Assembly: GCA_965649765.1 (NCBI GenBank)
Contig: OZ287748.1
Span: 107,384,001 to 107,448,000, forward strand
Length of the DNA: 64,000 nt
Direction of reading: 5' to 3'
Source: Bispira polyomma
Lineage: Eukaryota
Shown: one piece after another, positions 61,701 through 64,000 of the stretch
Position numbering within the stretch: position 1 is the first letter of the stretch
How the letters are laid out: the number at the start of each line of letters is the position of its first letter
Notes under the pieces: model-generated
Told to the model about the DNA's origin: nothing
Database searches by the model: none
The model's input: the letters and a program-made list of their open reading frames with translations, nothing else
Program-made: the position numbers and the translations under genes

Positions 61701-63793
61701 CTAAGGTGCACGAGACAGGAAAATCATTGTCATAATTTGACATTACCATTGGACGTACAGGGGTCATTGGCTTAGATACGCCGGAAGTGGTAAGAAGGTT
61801 AAGGTAGAAAAGCCTTGCTAAATAGGTAGGTTTTGAGCTTCTTTCTAAAACAGGATAAGTGAAGAGGCAGTGCGAATATCATGAGGCAGATCATTCGACA
61901 GTCATATTTAGGAACTTTTGCTGAAAAAGACAGGCTAGAGAAATACTGTAGTAGTATAATTATGGTTGTAAAAAAAAATTGATGTTCTAAATTTTAAAAA
62001 AGCAATTTTACTGAAATTCGTTGTGCTTACCATGTCCTTAATGATTAGTACAGGCCTATTTATTGGCTGGATTGTTTGGAACTTTTGAAGCTTATTTGAG
62101 AAGATGAATAAAATTGCTCAGTGGGCGAAAATATCAATTTACAGTAATCCAAAGTACATTTGTGAAATTCTATTCCTCCACTGCGTTTGCTTTTGACAGT
62201 CTCTTTAAGTACAACATTACAAAAACCAAAGGACTCTTATAAATTTTAATTGGAATATTAACATCCACTCTAGTACCTGTTTAGGTTATATTGGGATGGG
62301 TAGTTGGAAATGCTGGAGGAAACACTGCATACAGTTGATCAAGGTTCTGCACTGAAATCAGCGTTCCACAGAAAGGAACTACCACCTTTCCCACATAGGC
62401 ATTGACGGGAGTCGAACTCACGCTGCCTAGAGGTGAGAGACCAGTGATTGTGAAGCGCAATGCTTGCTAACCACTAGGCCACCGCAGCCCCAGGACTCTT
62501 ATAAATATGGGGTTTAAAATCTGTACTAATATTTAGCAATGTGAAAATCATTCAAACAAAACTTCATAAATGATTTCAAATCAAAAACAACAAGTTTAAA
62601 AATAAAACGAAACAAAACATACATTTGTAGTTAAAATCTGTCTGTCACTTATTAAGAGAAATGAAAATATAAATATCATATATGTATATATTTGTTAACC
62701 AACATTGTAGTTAAATTATATGTGAGTACTCTTTTATGACAGATGACATTGATTAAAGTGTAAATCAGTATTTTAGGGTATTTTATAAAGTGTACATTCG
62801 AAATCATAAAACTAAAAAAAATGACACAGACACAGACATAGACATTAGCCAACTTTTTTCAGTTTGTTTGTAAAATGTTTGTAAAATTTGATATGCTATT
62901 GATTTGTACCATGTGTGTGTTTTTTGTTCATATTAGTACCAAGCTCTTGATTTTTATTTTAAAACCTTTTGTACATTATTTTAGATGTGCTTGTCGTAAT
63001 GTTAAAGATGCTAAAGGTGATAAAAAAGTGCGGAATGTATTCACACTTTCCCTATATGTTCACACTTTCCCTATATGTTGACACTTTCCCCATCTGTAAC
63101 ACTTCCCCTATCAATAACACTTTCAGTTCACACGTTCCCTATCAGCTAACACATTCCCTATCTATAACACTTTAGTTATATTTAACACTTTACCCATATG
63201 TTAACACTTTCCCCATCTGTTAACACTTTCCCTATCTGTTTACACTTACCTTATCAGTTCACACTTTCCTCATCTGTTAACACTTACCTTATCAGTTCAC
63301 ACTTTTCTCATCTGTTAACACTTACCTTATCAGTTCACACTTTTCCCGTCTGTTAACACTTACCCTATCAGTTCACACTTTTCCTGTCTGTTAACACTTA
63401 CCCTATCAGTTCATACTTTTCCCGTCTGTTAACACTTACCCTATCAGTTCGAACGTTCCCTATCAGTTCACACTTTCTCCGTCTGTTAACACTTACCCTA
63501 TCAGTTCACACATTCCCTATCTATAACACTTTAGTAATATTTAACACTTTCCCTATCTGCTAACACTTACCCTATCAATTCACACGTTTCCTATCAGTTC
63601 ACACGTTCCCTATCAGCTAACACTTACCTATCATTAGACTGACACATCTTCCCAAGTTGTATTCTCTGTACACAGCCGTCCTCACGTGGGTAATAGCCTG
63701 ACACACAGCGACAGCTGCCAGTCTGACACGTACTGAAGTCAGCACCACAGACATCAGTCTGGATACAGGGGAAATTCAGGGGGATCTTAGGGA
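10073..63793 (-). CDS. Multi-exon gene (5'-incomplete) for a very large single-pass type I membrane protein with at least 61 tandem six-Cys EB/EGF-like modules
   Basis: 38 exons with GT-AG boundaries and compatible phases. They sum to 8525 nt (2 nt carry-over plus 2841 codons including the stop). Module consensus is approx. x9-C-x5-C-x6-C-x4-C-x-C-x10-C, resembling the EB module (Pfam PF01683) / EGF-like class. Modules are followed by a hydrophobic helix and a basic stop-transfer segment. No signal peptide is visible because the 5' end lies beyond 64000. Confidence 0.93.
10775..11120. repeat. Diverged tandem repeat of about 38 bp abutting the terminal exon acceptor
   Basis: Recurring gtcagaattatcatgttggttaggatactg. 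Confidence 0.7.
11440..11590 (-). mobile_element. Old SINE fragment
   Basis: gaagaaaccagtgctgaagc is the reverse complement of the core at about 24250; shares agtgattgtgaagc with the young SINEs. Confidence 0.55.
13140..14585. repeat. 32-bp minisatellite, about 45 copies
   Basis: Unit acaggataaggtctacagttatagctaacaga, highly homogeneous. Confidence 0.97.
14640..16100 (+). mobile_element. Degenerate Tx1/L1-like LINE fragments interrupted by an old SINE (about 14870-15035)
   Basis: IDFEKAF-x-x-VSW at about 14690; CQQSDPITPYMF (GCRQGDPLSPYLF-like) at about 15055; WIRRL; heavily decayed. Confidence 0.6.
16637..16642 (-). promoter_or_regulatory. Candidate polyadenylation signal for the short-tail isoform
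   Basis: AATAAA on the minus strand about 360 nt after the TGA at 17006. Confidence 0.35.
17006..17093 (-). CDS. Candidate alternative terminal exon 38b: short cytoplasmic tail
   Basis: tgttctgtttgtgtgtacag|A CAG ATG, phase 2 matching the TM exon donor; (R)QMAYKHALERAHQRELSYIKYDNVSDLV-TGA; AATAAA downstream at 16637-16642. Confidence 0.6.
17918..18002 (-). CDS. Exon 37: transmembrane helix
   Basis: ttccag|GG ATC ... AGA AG|gtaaat; 85 nt, phase 1->2; WIILLIVAILALLLLLCLLLCCLLYCLRR (hydrophobic run, Cys cluster, basic stop-transfer). Confidence 0.92.
17995..18940. repeat. 40-41-bp array derived from the TM-exon acceptor junction, about 17 copies, interrupted by a SINE
   Basis: Minus-strand unit contains tatattccaggatcatcctt; the real junction is tatattccag|ggatcatcctt. 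Confidence 0.92.
18307..18558 (-). mobile_element. tRNA-derived SINE, young copy 1
   Basis: A box TGGCCTAGTGG, B box GTTCGAATCC, tail CAAATTCAAA; 14-bp TSD atataggatatggg at 18293-18306 and 18559-18572. Confidence 0.95.
19315..19368 (-). CDS. Exon 36: juxtamembrane Gly-rich linker
   Basis: ttacag|TA CTT ... CTA T|gtaagt; 54 nt, phase 1->1; VLAGGIGGPVVAAEGFPL, joining the next exon to give FPLWIILL. Confidence 0.85.
19421..20274 (+). mobile_element. HINE/pearl-like non-autonomous element with internal 145-bp tandem repeats
   Basis: Begins aaacaag; subterminal inverted repeat gcgggttgcg (19450-19459) / cgcaacccgc (20257-20266); 4-5 core units (ggccgtgg at 19778, 19923, 20068); short GATG microsatellite near the 3' end. 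Confidence 0.7.
20405..20527 (-). CDS. Exon 35: module 61 (membrane-proximal)
   Basis: ctgtag|AT CAA ... TGT G|gtaatt; 123 nt; HQLVPLDGACSGSDRCVSEDSSCVDGYCVCNEDFTAVNSTC. Confidence 0.9.
21405..22282 (-). mobile_element. 5'-truncated L2/CR1-group LINE
   Basis: VANGLVGSCLDYCNYLL, LHWPSIHYRILFK, VGSRAFSVAA; 3' end similar to 8130-8170. Confidence 0.88.
22499..22633 (-). CDS. Exon 34: module 60
   Basis: atacag|TA CAG ... TGT C|gtaagt; 135 nt; VQLGGPDIIGREPCTNNFECNYLYGMCIMGYCDCEDGFLYDQGYC. Confidence 0.88.
22924..23046 (-). CDS. Exon 33: module 59
   Basis: tttcag|TA TTA ... TGT G|gtaagt; 123 nt; VLRGTVSTPCLRDGGCITLNSECHNGTCFCKLGFKQVDRIC. Confidence 0.9.
23459..23587 (-). CDS. Exon 32: module 58
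   Basis: acacag|TT CCC ... TGT G|gtaagt; 129 nt; VPKVSLGDRCFYGDICADVNAQCRGSPGICQCNGDFTVTGNQC. Confidence 0.9.
23746..23868 (-). CDS. Exon 31: module 57
   Basis: atacag|TG GAG ... TGT G|gtaagt; 123 nt; VEKIGVGGTCSSASICEDPWASCDNEICVCLAGYFLRGAEC. Confidence 0.9.
24112..24330 (+). mobile_element. Old tRNA-derived SINE
   Basis: Head gggctcccgtggccttgtagtt, B-box-like ggttcaactcc, core gtcagg..ggtcagtgg..ggtttcttcc. Confidence 0.6.
24563..24685 (-). CDS. Exon 30: module 56
   Basis: ttgcag|TG TTA ... TGT G|gttagt; 123 nt; VLKVGLGESCELSDICADSHAQCVGGVCVCDVSHFPLDYMC. Confidence 0.9.
25228..25377 (-). CDS. Exon 29: module 55 with Pro/Ser linker
   Basis: ttgcag|AG CCT ... TGT G|gtaggt; 150 nt; EPRSSPPDVSPGQLYGVCLADGSCVLESLVCGPGGLCVCRQQYYEEDLTC. 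Confidence 0.88.
25615..25737 (-). CDS. Exon 28: module 54
   Basis: tttcag|TA GGT ... TGT G|gtaagt; 123 nt; LGEVTLGDPCDTESYCSSLYTHCQNGQCRCKQGYQQQGSVC. Confidence 0.9.
25825..25953 (-). CDS. Exon 27: module 53
   Basis: tttcag|TG GGT ... TGT T|gtaagt; 129 nt; VGMLSLGAACHIDDICRDDYSWCDPTKQHCTCLLGYLPLFGRC. Confidence 0.9.
26510..26632 (-). CDS. Exon 26: module 52
   Basis: ttccag|TT GGC ... TGT G|gtaagt; 123 nt; VGFGLYNAPCLFGTHCQTVNAHCYNGFCLCQEGFFYKNGIC. Confidence 0.9.
26620..26970. repeat. Diverged 48-55-bp array beginning at the exon 26 acceptor
   Basis: Motif aactggaa(t/g)agacaa at the real junction (26631) and at about 26679 and 26894. Confidence 0.7.
27520..27715 (-). mobile_element. Old SINE
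   Basis: ctttcccac, ggattcaaac and ggtgagaggccagtaattgtgaagc parallel the young SINE. Confidence 0.55.
27831..27953 (-). CDS. Exon 25: module 51
   Basis: taccag|TG ATG ... TGT G|gtgagt; 123 nt; VMKVKLDHTCTNGDHCRDNNAVCRGGACVCQSGYFGQQDVC. Confidence 0.9.
28720..29515. repeat. 17-18-bp minisatellite
   Basis: Alternating gtgttcactatggggat(gt) and gtgttcactattgggag units. Confidence 0.95.
29811..30150. repeat. 53-bp array in register with the exon 24 3' end
   Basis: cacacgtcatcc at 29811, 29864, 29917, 29970, 30023 and 30076; exon edge cacaaacctcatcc at 30129. Confidence 0.88.
30129..30265 (-). CDS. Exon 24: last Cys of module 49 plus module 50
   Basis: ttttag|G TGT ... TGT G|gtgagt; 137 nt, phase 2->1; CISSKSRGSIYAPCQPGAVCSADNAICVSGVCVCPQNYFVKDEVC. 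Confidence 0.9.
30295..32485. repeat. 91-bp tandem repeat, about 21 near-identical copies, interrupted by a SINE
   Basis: Unit aaacaatgtatgaacttag(g/a)acggtgaagtgaccagtagttgtgtgatattagagataaatacatattacatgtacagcattgcagtaag(t/g). Confidence 0.97.
30724..30978 (-). mobile_element. tRNA-derived SINE, young copy 2
   Basis: Nearly identical to copy 1; 14-bp TSD tattagagataaat at 30710-30723 and 30979-30992. Confidence 0.95.
32570..33295. repeat. 23-bp array derived from the exon 23 donor junction, about 30 copies
   Basis: Minus-strand unit cagtaacaggttagtaatgtaca; real junction cagtaacag|gtgagtcatgtata. Confidence 0.9.
33281..34403 (-). CDS. Exon 23: large exon, modules 41-49
   Basis: tttcag|TC AAA ... 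AAC AG|gtgagt; 1123 nt, phase 1->2; within ORF 33277..34512. Confidence 0.95.
34404..36570. repeat. Compound array at the exon 23 acceptor (33-bp units, then 46-bp units), split by a LINE fragment
   Basis: The 46-bp unit taaggaaccctggttttactgattatacaa resembles the junction tagggatccaggtttgactgaaatacaa; the 33-bp unit gagatcccctggatgtaaaacattaaatattgt occurs on both sides of the insert. Confidence 0.8.
34610..35490 (+). mobile_element. Tx1/L1-like LINE 3' fragment (zf-RVT-like region)
   Basis: LKWFQYKVIHRILGT...CDRC...EESLMHLFYNC, followed by NIIFFLTKQYIF; stops present. Confidence 0.8.
36665..37036. repeat. 31-bp array of exact exon 22 donor junction copies, about 12 copies
   Basis: Minus-strand unit cagacagataacatgtgtg|gtaagttacca(g/a). 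Confidence 0.95.
37012..37148 (-). CDS. Exon 22: end of module 39 plus module 40
   Basis: tctcag|A TCT ... TGT G|gtaagt; 137 nt, phase 2->1; SAVCVRRQLLGASCSDSDECLDSHAVCASGSCGCQPGYQQTDNMC. Confidence 0.9.
37869..39165 (-). CDS. Exon 21: large exon, modules 30-39
   Basis: ttgtag|TG TCT ... GAG AG|gtaaat; 1297 nt, phase 1->2; matches ORF 37865..39166. Confidence 0.95.
39529..39651 (-). CDS. Exon 20: module 29
   Basis: ctacag|TT CCC ... TGT G|gtagga; 123 nt; VPRSDLGELCRSDDQCLDERAECVASRCQCRQGYSASHGVC. Confidence 0.9.
39895..40520. repeat. 41-bp (x3) and 54-bp (x7) arrays
   Basis: gtatggtataacagggtgttatgtcactctatatatggta; gtatagaaagtaacccctgtgttaccagtgtatatcaatgtgacactgtatgt. Confidence 0.9.
40542..40664 (-). 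CDS. Exon 19: module 28
   Basis: tttcag|TA CGC ... TGT G|gttagt; 123 nt; LRKGRVNTPCLAGRLCTDPNTVCSQEICVCSQQAVDKEGLC. Confidence 0.9.
40640..40825. repeat. 41-bp array derived from the exon 19 acceptor junction
   Basis: gtgttaacacgacccttg(c/a)gtactgaaacataaaata repeated about 4 times. Confidence 0.88.
41791..42435. mobile_element. MITE with TA target-site duplication (Tc1/mariner-type)
   Basis: TA|cacgggtggta(a)gaattctgg ... ccagaattcgtaccacccgtg|TA terminal inverted repeats; no coding capacity. Confidence 0.8.
43117..43239 (-). CDS. Exon 18: module 27
   Basis: tttcag|CA CCA ... TGT T|gtaagt; 123 nt; TPTLPLNARCEDGDVCADNSAQCQGQTCLCTEQYFERYGVC. Confidence 0.9.
43591..43716 (-). CDS. Exon 17: module 26
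   Basis: tcacag|GG GAG ... TGC A|gtaagt; 126 nt; GEPSDNLVNPCSPDGHCTDPNAQCVGRECVCTYGYFYKTQHC. Confidence 0.88.
43960..44350 (-). mobile_element. L2/CR1-group LINE RT fragment
   Basis: EDTQIYIS...WMAGNMLKLNPDKTKFILIG in ORF 44120..44356. Confidence 0.8.
44635..44883 (-). CDS. Exon 16: modules 24-25
   Basis: tttcag|TT CCT ... TGT G|gtgagt; 249 nt; within ORF 44420..44905. Confidence 0.92.
44850..45012. repeat. Single duplication (period about 95 bp) of the exon 16 acceptor junction
   Basis: cagtaaacagggg(g)agttatagcggcct(c/t)taggaactgaaacacag..aaataacatggaatagataca occurs twice. Confidence 0.92.
45050..45828. repeat. 11-bp-based array adjoining the exon 15 donor
   Basis: Unit cactgtact(aa/ca) resembles the exon edge ttac|cacactgtcc. 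Confidence 0.85.
45818..45940 (-). CDS. Exon 15: module 23
   Basis: acacag|TC CCT ... TGT G|gtaagt; 123 nt; FPRRNLGSRCNAHEECKDDNAVCVEETCQCGAAFYDKTGQC. Confidence 0.9.
45936..46710. repeat. 22-23-bp array derived from the exon 15 acceptor junction, AG lost in the copies
   Basis: Real junction agggaCTgtgtcaaaaacaaaac; copies agggaTTgtgtcaaaaacaaaac. Confidence 0.92.
46845..46976 (-). CDS. Exon 14: module 22
   Basis: ttttag|TG TCT ... TGC T|gtaagt; 132 nt; VSTSEEGSADAPCLPGAMCYDSNSVCAQGICRCDLGFYARQGQC. Confidence 0.88.
46965..47145. repeat. 47-50-bp array derived from the exon 14 acceptor junction (x4)
   Basis: ggt(a/g)gacactaaaacacaaaatatacacaccag repeated. Confidence 0.88.
47332..47457 (-). 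CDS. Exon 13: module 21
   Basis: ttacag|GA CCT ... TGT G|gtcagt; 126 nt; RPKLTLDEACQRDLDVCEDTDAICVDGRCACKQGYIVKEGSC. Confidence 0.88.
47422..47745. repeat. 113-119-bp triplication of the exon 13 acceptor junction
   Basis: Acceptor copies at 47457, 47570 and 47689, each with about 36 nt of exon sequence. Confidence 0.93.
48605..49005. repeat. 42/62-bp array derived from the exon 12 3' half and donor
   Basis: cagacagataccact..gtactta(c/t)gacacaggtttcccttctcgtaat repeated. Confidence 0.9.
48954..49073 (-). CDS. Exon 12: module 20
   Basis: acacag|AG GCC ... TGC C|gtaagt; 120 nt; QAKGRLNSPCLNGDCLDTNSVCRSGICLCGPAYYEKGNLC. Confidence 0.9.
49090..49205. repeat. 33-bp array (x4) next to the exon 12 acceptor
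   Basis: aaaagtaggtcatagtgcaaacaatacaacaac. Confidence 0.88.
49661..49783 (-). CDS. Exon 11: module 19
   Basis: ttacag|TT GCT ... TGT C|gtgagt; 123 nt; VAKLPLNAACFPDDQCIDPSSRCQSGMCACLDGFFERIGKC. Confidence 0.88.
49730..50150. repeat. 117-bp array of the exon 11 acceptor plus 5' half of the module (4 acceptor copies)
   Basis: Acceptors at 49783, 49900, 50017 and 50134. Confidence 0.95.
50487..50609 (-). CDS. Exon 10: module 18
   Basis: atccag|TC CGT ... TGT G|gtgagt; 123 nt; VRLGDLERPCLPDGKCLDVHAQCNGVQCRCKGSHFSKTSVC. Confidence 0.9.
50575..50900. repeat. 88-bp array of the exon 10 acceptor junction (4 copies)
   Basis: Equivalent positions 50609, 50697, 50785 and 50873. Confidence 0.93.
50925..52675. 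repeat. 26-bp (variant 31-bp) array of exon 9 donor copies, roughly 60 copies
   Basis: Minus-strand unit acagtgtgtg|gtgagttagagataag. Confidence 0.96.
52667..52795 (-). CDS. Exon 9: module 17
   Basis: ttccag|GA CCC ... TGT G|gtgagt; 129 nt; RPKVDYGASCITGSVCLDDQAECTSGRCSCREGFGLDLVSTVC. Confidence 0.9.
52930..54140 (-). mobile_element. Decayed L2/CR1-group LINE
   Basis: ANLFGKYFSHKIDKI; LKFNHDKTEFLLIG at about 53330-53375. Confidence 0.7.
54145..54470. repeat. 23-bp minisatellite, about 14 copies
   Basis: ttgacaatggcctattatagtgg. Confidence 0.93.
54677..54799 (-). CDS. Exon 8: module 16
   Basis: tttcag|AA CCT ... TGT A|gtaagt; 123 nt; KPKGYINSPCLPTSGCRDNNAVCQRGLCLCEEGFYNGDGIC. Confidence 0.9.
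54825..55252. repeat. 39-bp minisatellite, about 11 copies
   Basis: cattgtgataacacaccctctccccacattacaaata(t/c)a. Confidence 0.95.
55668..55796 (-). CDS. Exon 7: module 15
   Basis: caccag|TC CCC ... TGT A|gtgagt; 129 nt; VPKKPLGTSCIHGDVCVGDNADCIQSVCGCKDLFYEDVISRTC. Confidence 0.9.
55975..57190. repeat. 33-bp array of exon 6 donor copies, about 37 copies
   Basis: Minus-strand unit tactacaacagtgccacctgtg|gtgagtataag. Confidence 0.96.
57168..57290 (-). CDS. Exon 6: module 14
   Basis: gtgtag|CT AAG ... TGT G|gtgagt; 123 nt; AKRGLYNTPCLEGGRCSLPLTECVQNKCHCKPDYYYNSATC. Confidence 0.9.
57565..58200. repeat. 36-40-bp array of exon 5 donor copies, about 17 copies
   Basis: Minus-strand unit cagggaggtcactgtg|gtatgtaatata; real junction cagggaggacactgtg|gtatgtaatata. 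Confidence 0.95.
58183..58305 (-). CDS. Exon 5: module 13
   Basis: ttccag|TT GAC ... TGT G|gtatgt; 123 nt; VDKIPLDGLCQGEDVCSDVYAQCRSGRCQCQEQYFVQGGHC. Confidence 0.9.
58756..59001 (-). CDS. Exon 4: modules 11-12
   Basis: ttacag|AA CTG ... TGT G|gtaaat; 246 nt (2x123), phase 1->1; within ORF 58640..59062. Confidence 0.9.
58994..59450. repeat. 21-22-bp array of exon 4 acceptor copies, about 20 copies
   Basis: Minus-strand unit tatattacag|aact(c/g)atg. Confidence 0.94.
59626..60505 (-). CDS. Exon 3: large exon, end of module 3 plus modules 4-10
   Basis: ccctag|GAC CAG ... TGT G|gtgagt; 880 nt, phase 0->1; matches ORF 59618..60499. Confidence 0.95.
60630..60828 (-). CDS. Exon 2: rest of module 2 and most of module 3
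   Basis: ttacag|A TGT ... AGT AAG|gtatgt; 199 nt, phase 2->0; CLDPSASCQDGLCRCLPSYYNKDNVCVARLVLGATC...CVCREGYYSK. Confidence 0.9.
61680..61900 (-). mobile_element. Short LINE 3' end fragment
   Basis: NDLPHDIRTASSLILFX-KKLKTYLFSKAF-like terminal peptide typical of the L2/CR1 copies in this window. Confidence 0.6.
62245..62491 (-). mobile_element. tRNA-derived SINE, copy 3 (more diverged)
   Basis: Same family as 18307 and 30724; 15-bp TSD aggactcttataaat at 62230-62244 and 62492-62506. Confidence 0.95.
63040..63632. repeat. 19-20-bp array derived from the exon 1 donor junction
   Basis: Minus-strand unit gatagggtaagtgtt / gatagggaaagtgt; real junction gatag|gtaagtgtt. Confidence 0.9.
63628..63793 (-). 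CDS. Exon 1 in window: module 1 and start of module 2
   Basis: ttttag|TC CCT AAG ... GAT AG|gtaagt; 166 nt, phase 1->2; PKIPLNFPCIQTDVCGADFSTCQTGSCRCVSGYYPREDGCVQRIQLGKMCQSND. Confidence 0.9.
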
Positions 63794-64000
63794 CTAAAAC
63801 ATAAAACAGGGACTGACGTCATAGATATCTGGATACAGGTAAAGTTTAGGTGAATCTAAAACATAAAACAGGGAATGACGTCATAGATATATGGATACAG
63901 GGAAAGTTTAGGTGTATCTAAAACATAAAACAGGGACTGACGTCATAAACATCTGGATACAGGGAAAGTTTAGGTGAATCTAAAACATAAAACAGGGACT
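63760..64000. repeat. 62-bp array derived from the exon 1 acceptor junction (runs off the window)
   Basis: ctaaaacataaaac at 63794, 63856, 63918 and 63980, each unit carrying exon-like ctggatacaggg. Confidence 0.9.

Noticed and set aside
3195-62491. All L2/CR1-like fragments and young SINEs lie on the minus strand
   Set aside because: The numbers are too small, and the Tx1-like fragments and some old SINEs are on the plus strand.
20405-63793. Naming the gene as Notch, tenascin, fibrillin, MEGF10/ced-1 or pqn-25
   Set aside because: No calcium-binding EGF consensus and no LNR/ankyrin, FN3, TB or EMI domain is visible. The 5' end is missing and no search was possible.

Overview
This is AT-rich eukaryotic, intron-containing DNA from an invertebrate animal. 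A mollusc is my inference from the SINE, HINE and LINE repertoire; the sequence does not establish it. About 54 kb (10073-63793, minus strand, 5' end beyond the window) is one gene. I reconstructed it by hand as 38 GT-AG coding exons whose splice phases join without a break, about 8.5 kb of CDS and about 2,840 aa in the window. The protein has 61 tandem six-cysteine EB/EGF-like modules, a Gly-rich linker, one transmembrane helix ending in a Cys cluster, and a cytoplasmic tail of about 225 aa. A second candidate terminal exon (17006-17093), absent from the ORF track in this frame, would give a short tail with an ITIM-like IKYDNV motif. The most striking pattern is in the introns: about 20 tandem-repeat arrays are amplified copies of the gene's own exon-intron junctions. 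They create batteries of decoy 5' and 3' splice sites, candidate poison micro-exons and an in-frame nascent module, and many copies are visibly disabled by a lost AG, a lost GT or an immediate stop. The rest is transposon material: a Gypsy (probably Gmr1-type) 3' end with its LTR, L2/CR1-like and Tx1/L1-like LINE fragments, three young tRNA-derived SINEs with 14-15 bp TSDs, a HINE/pearl-like element and a TA-flanked MITE. There are no prokaryotic features, CRISPR arrays, rRNA or true tRNA genes. Exon coordinates were read manually, repeat boundaries and copy numbers are approximate, and no transcript data or database search was available.
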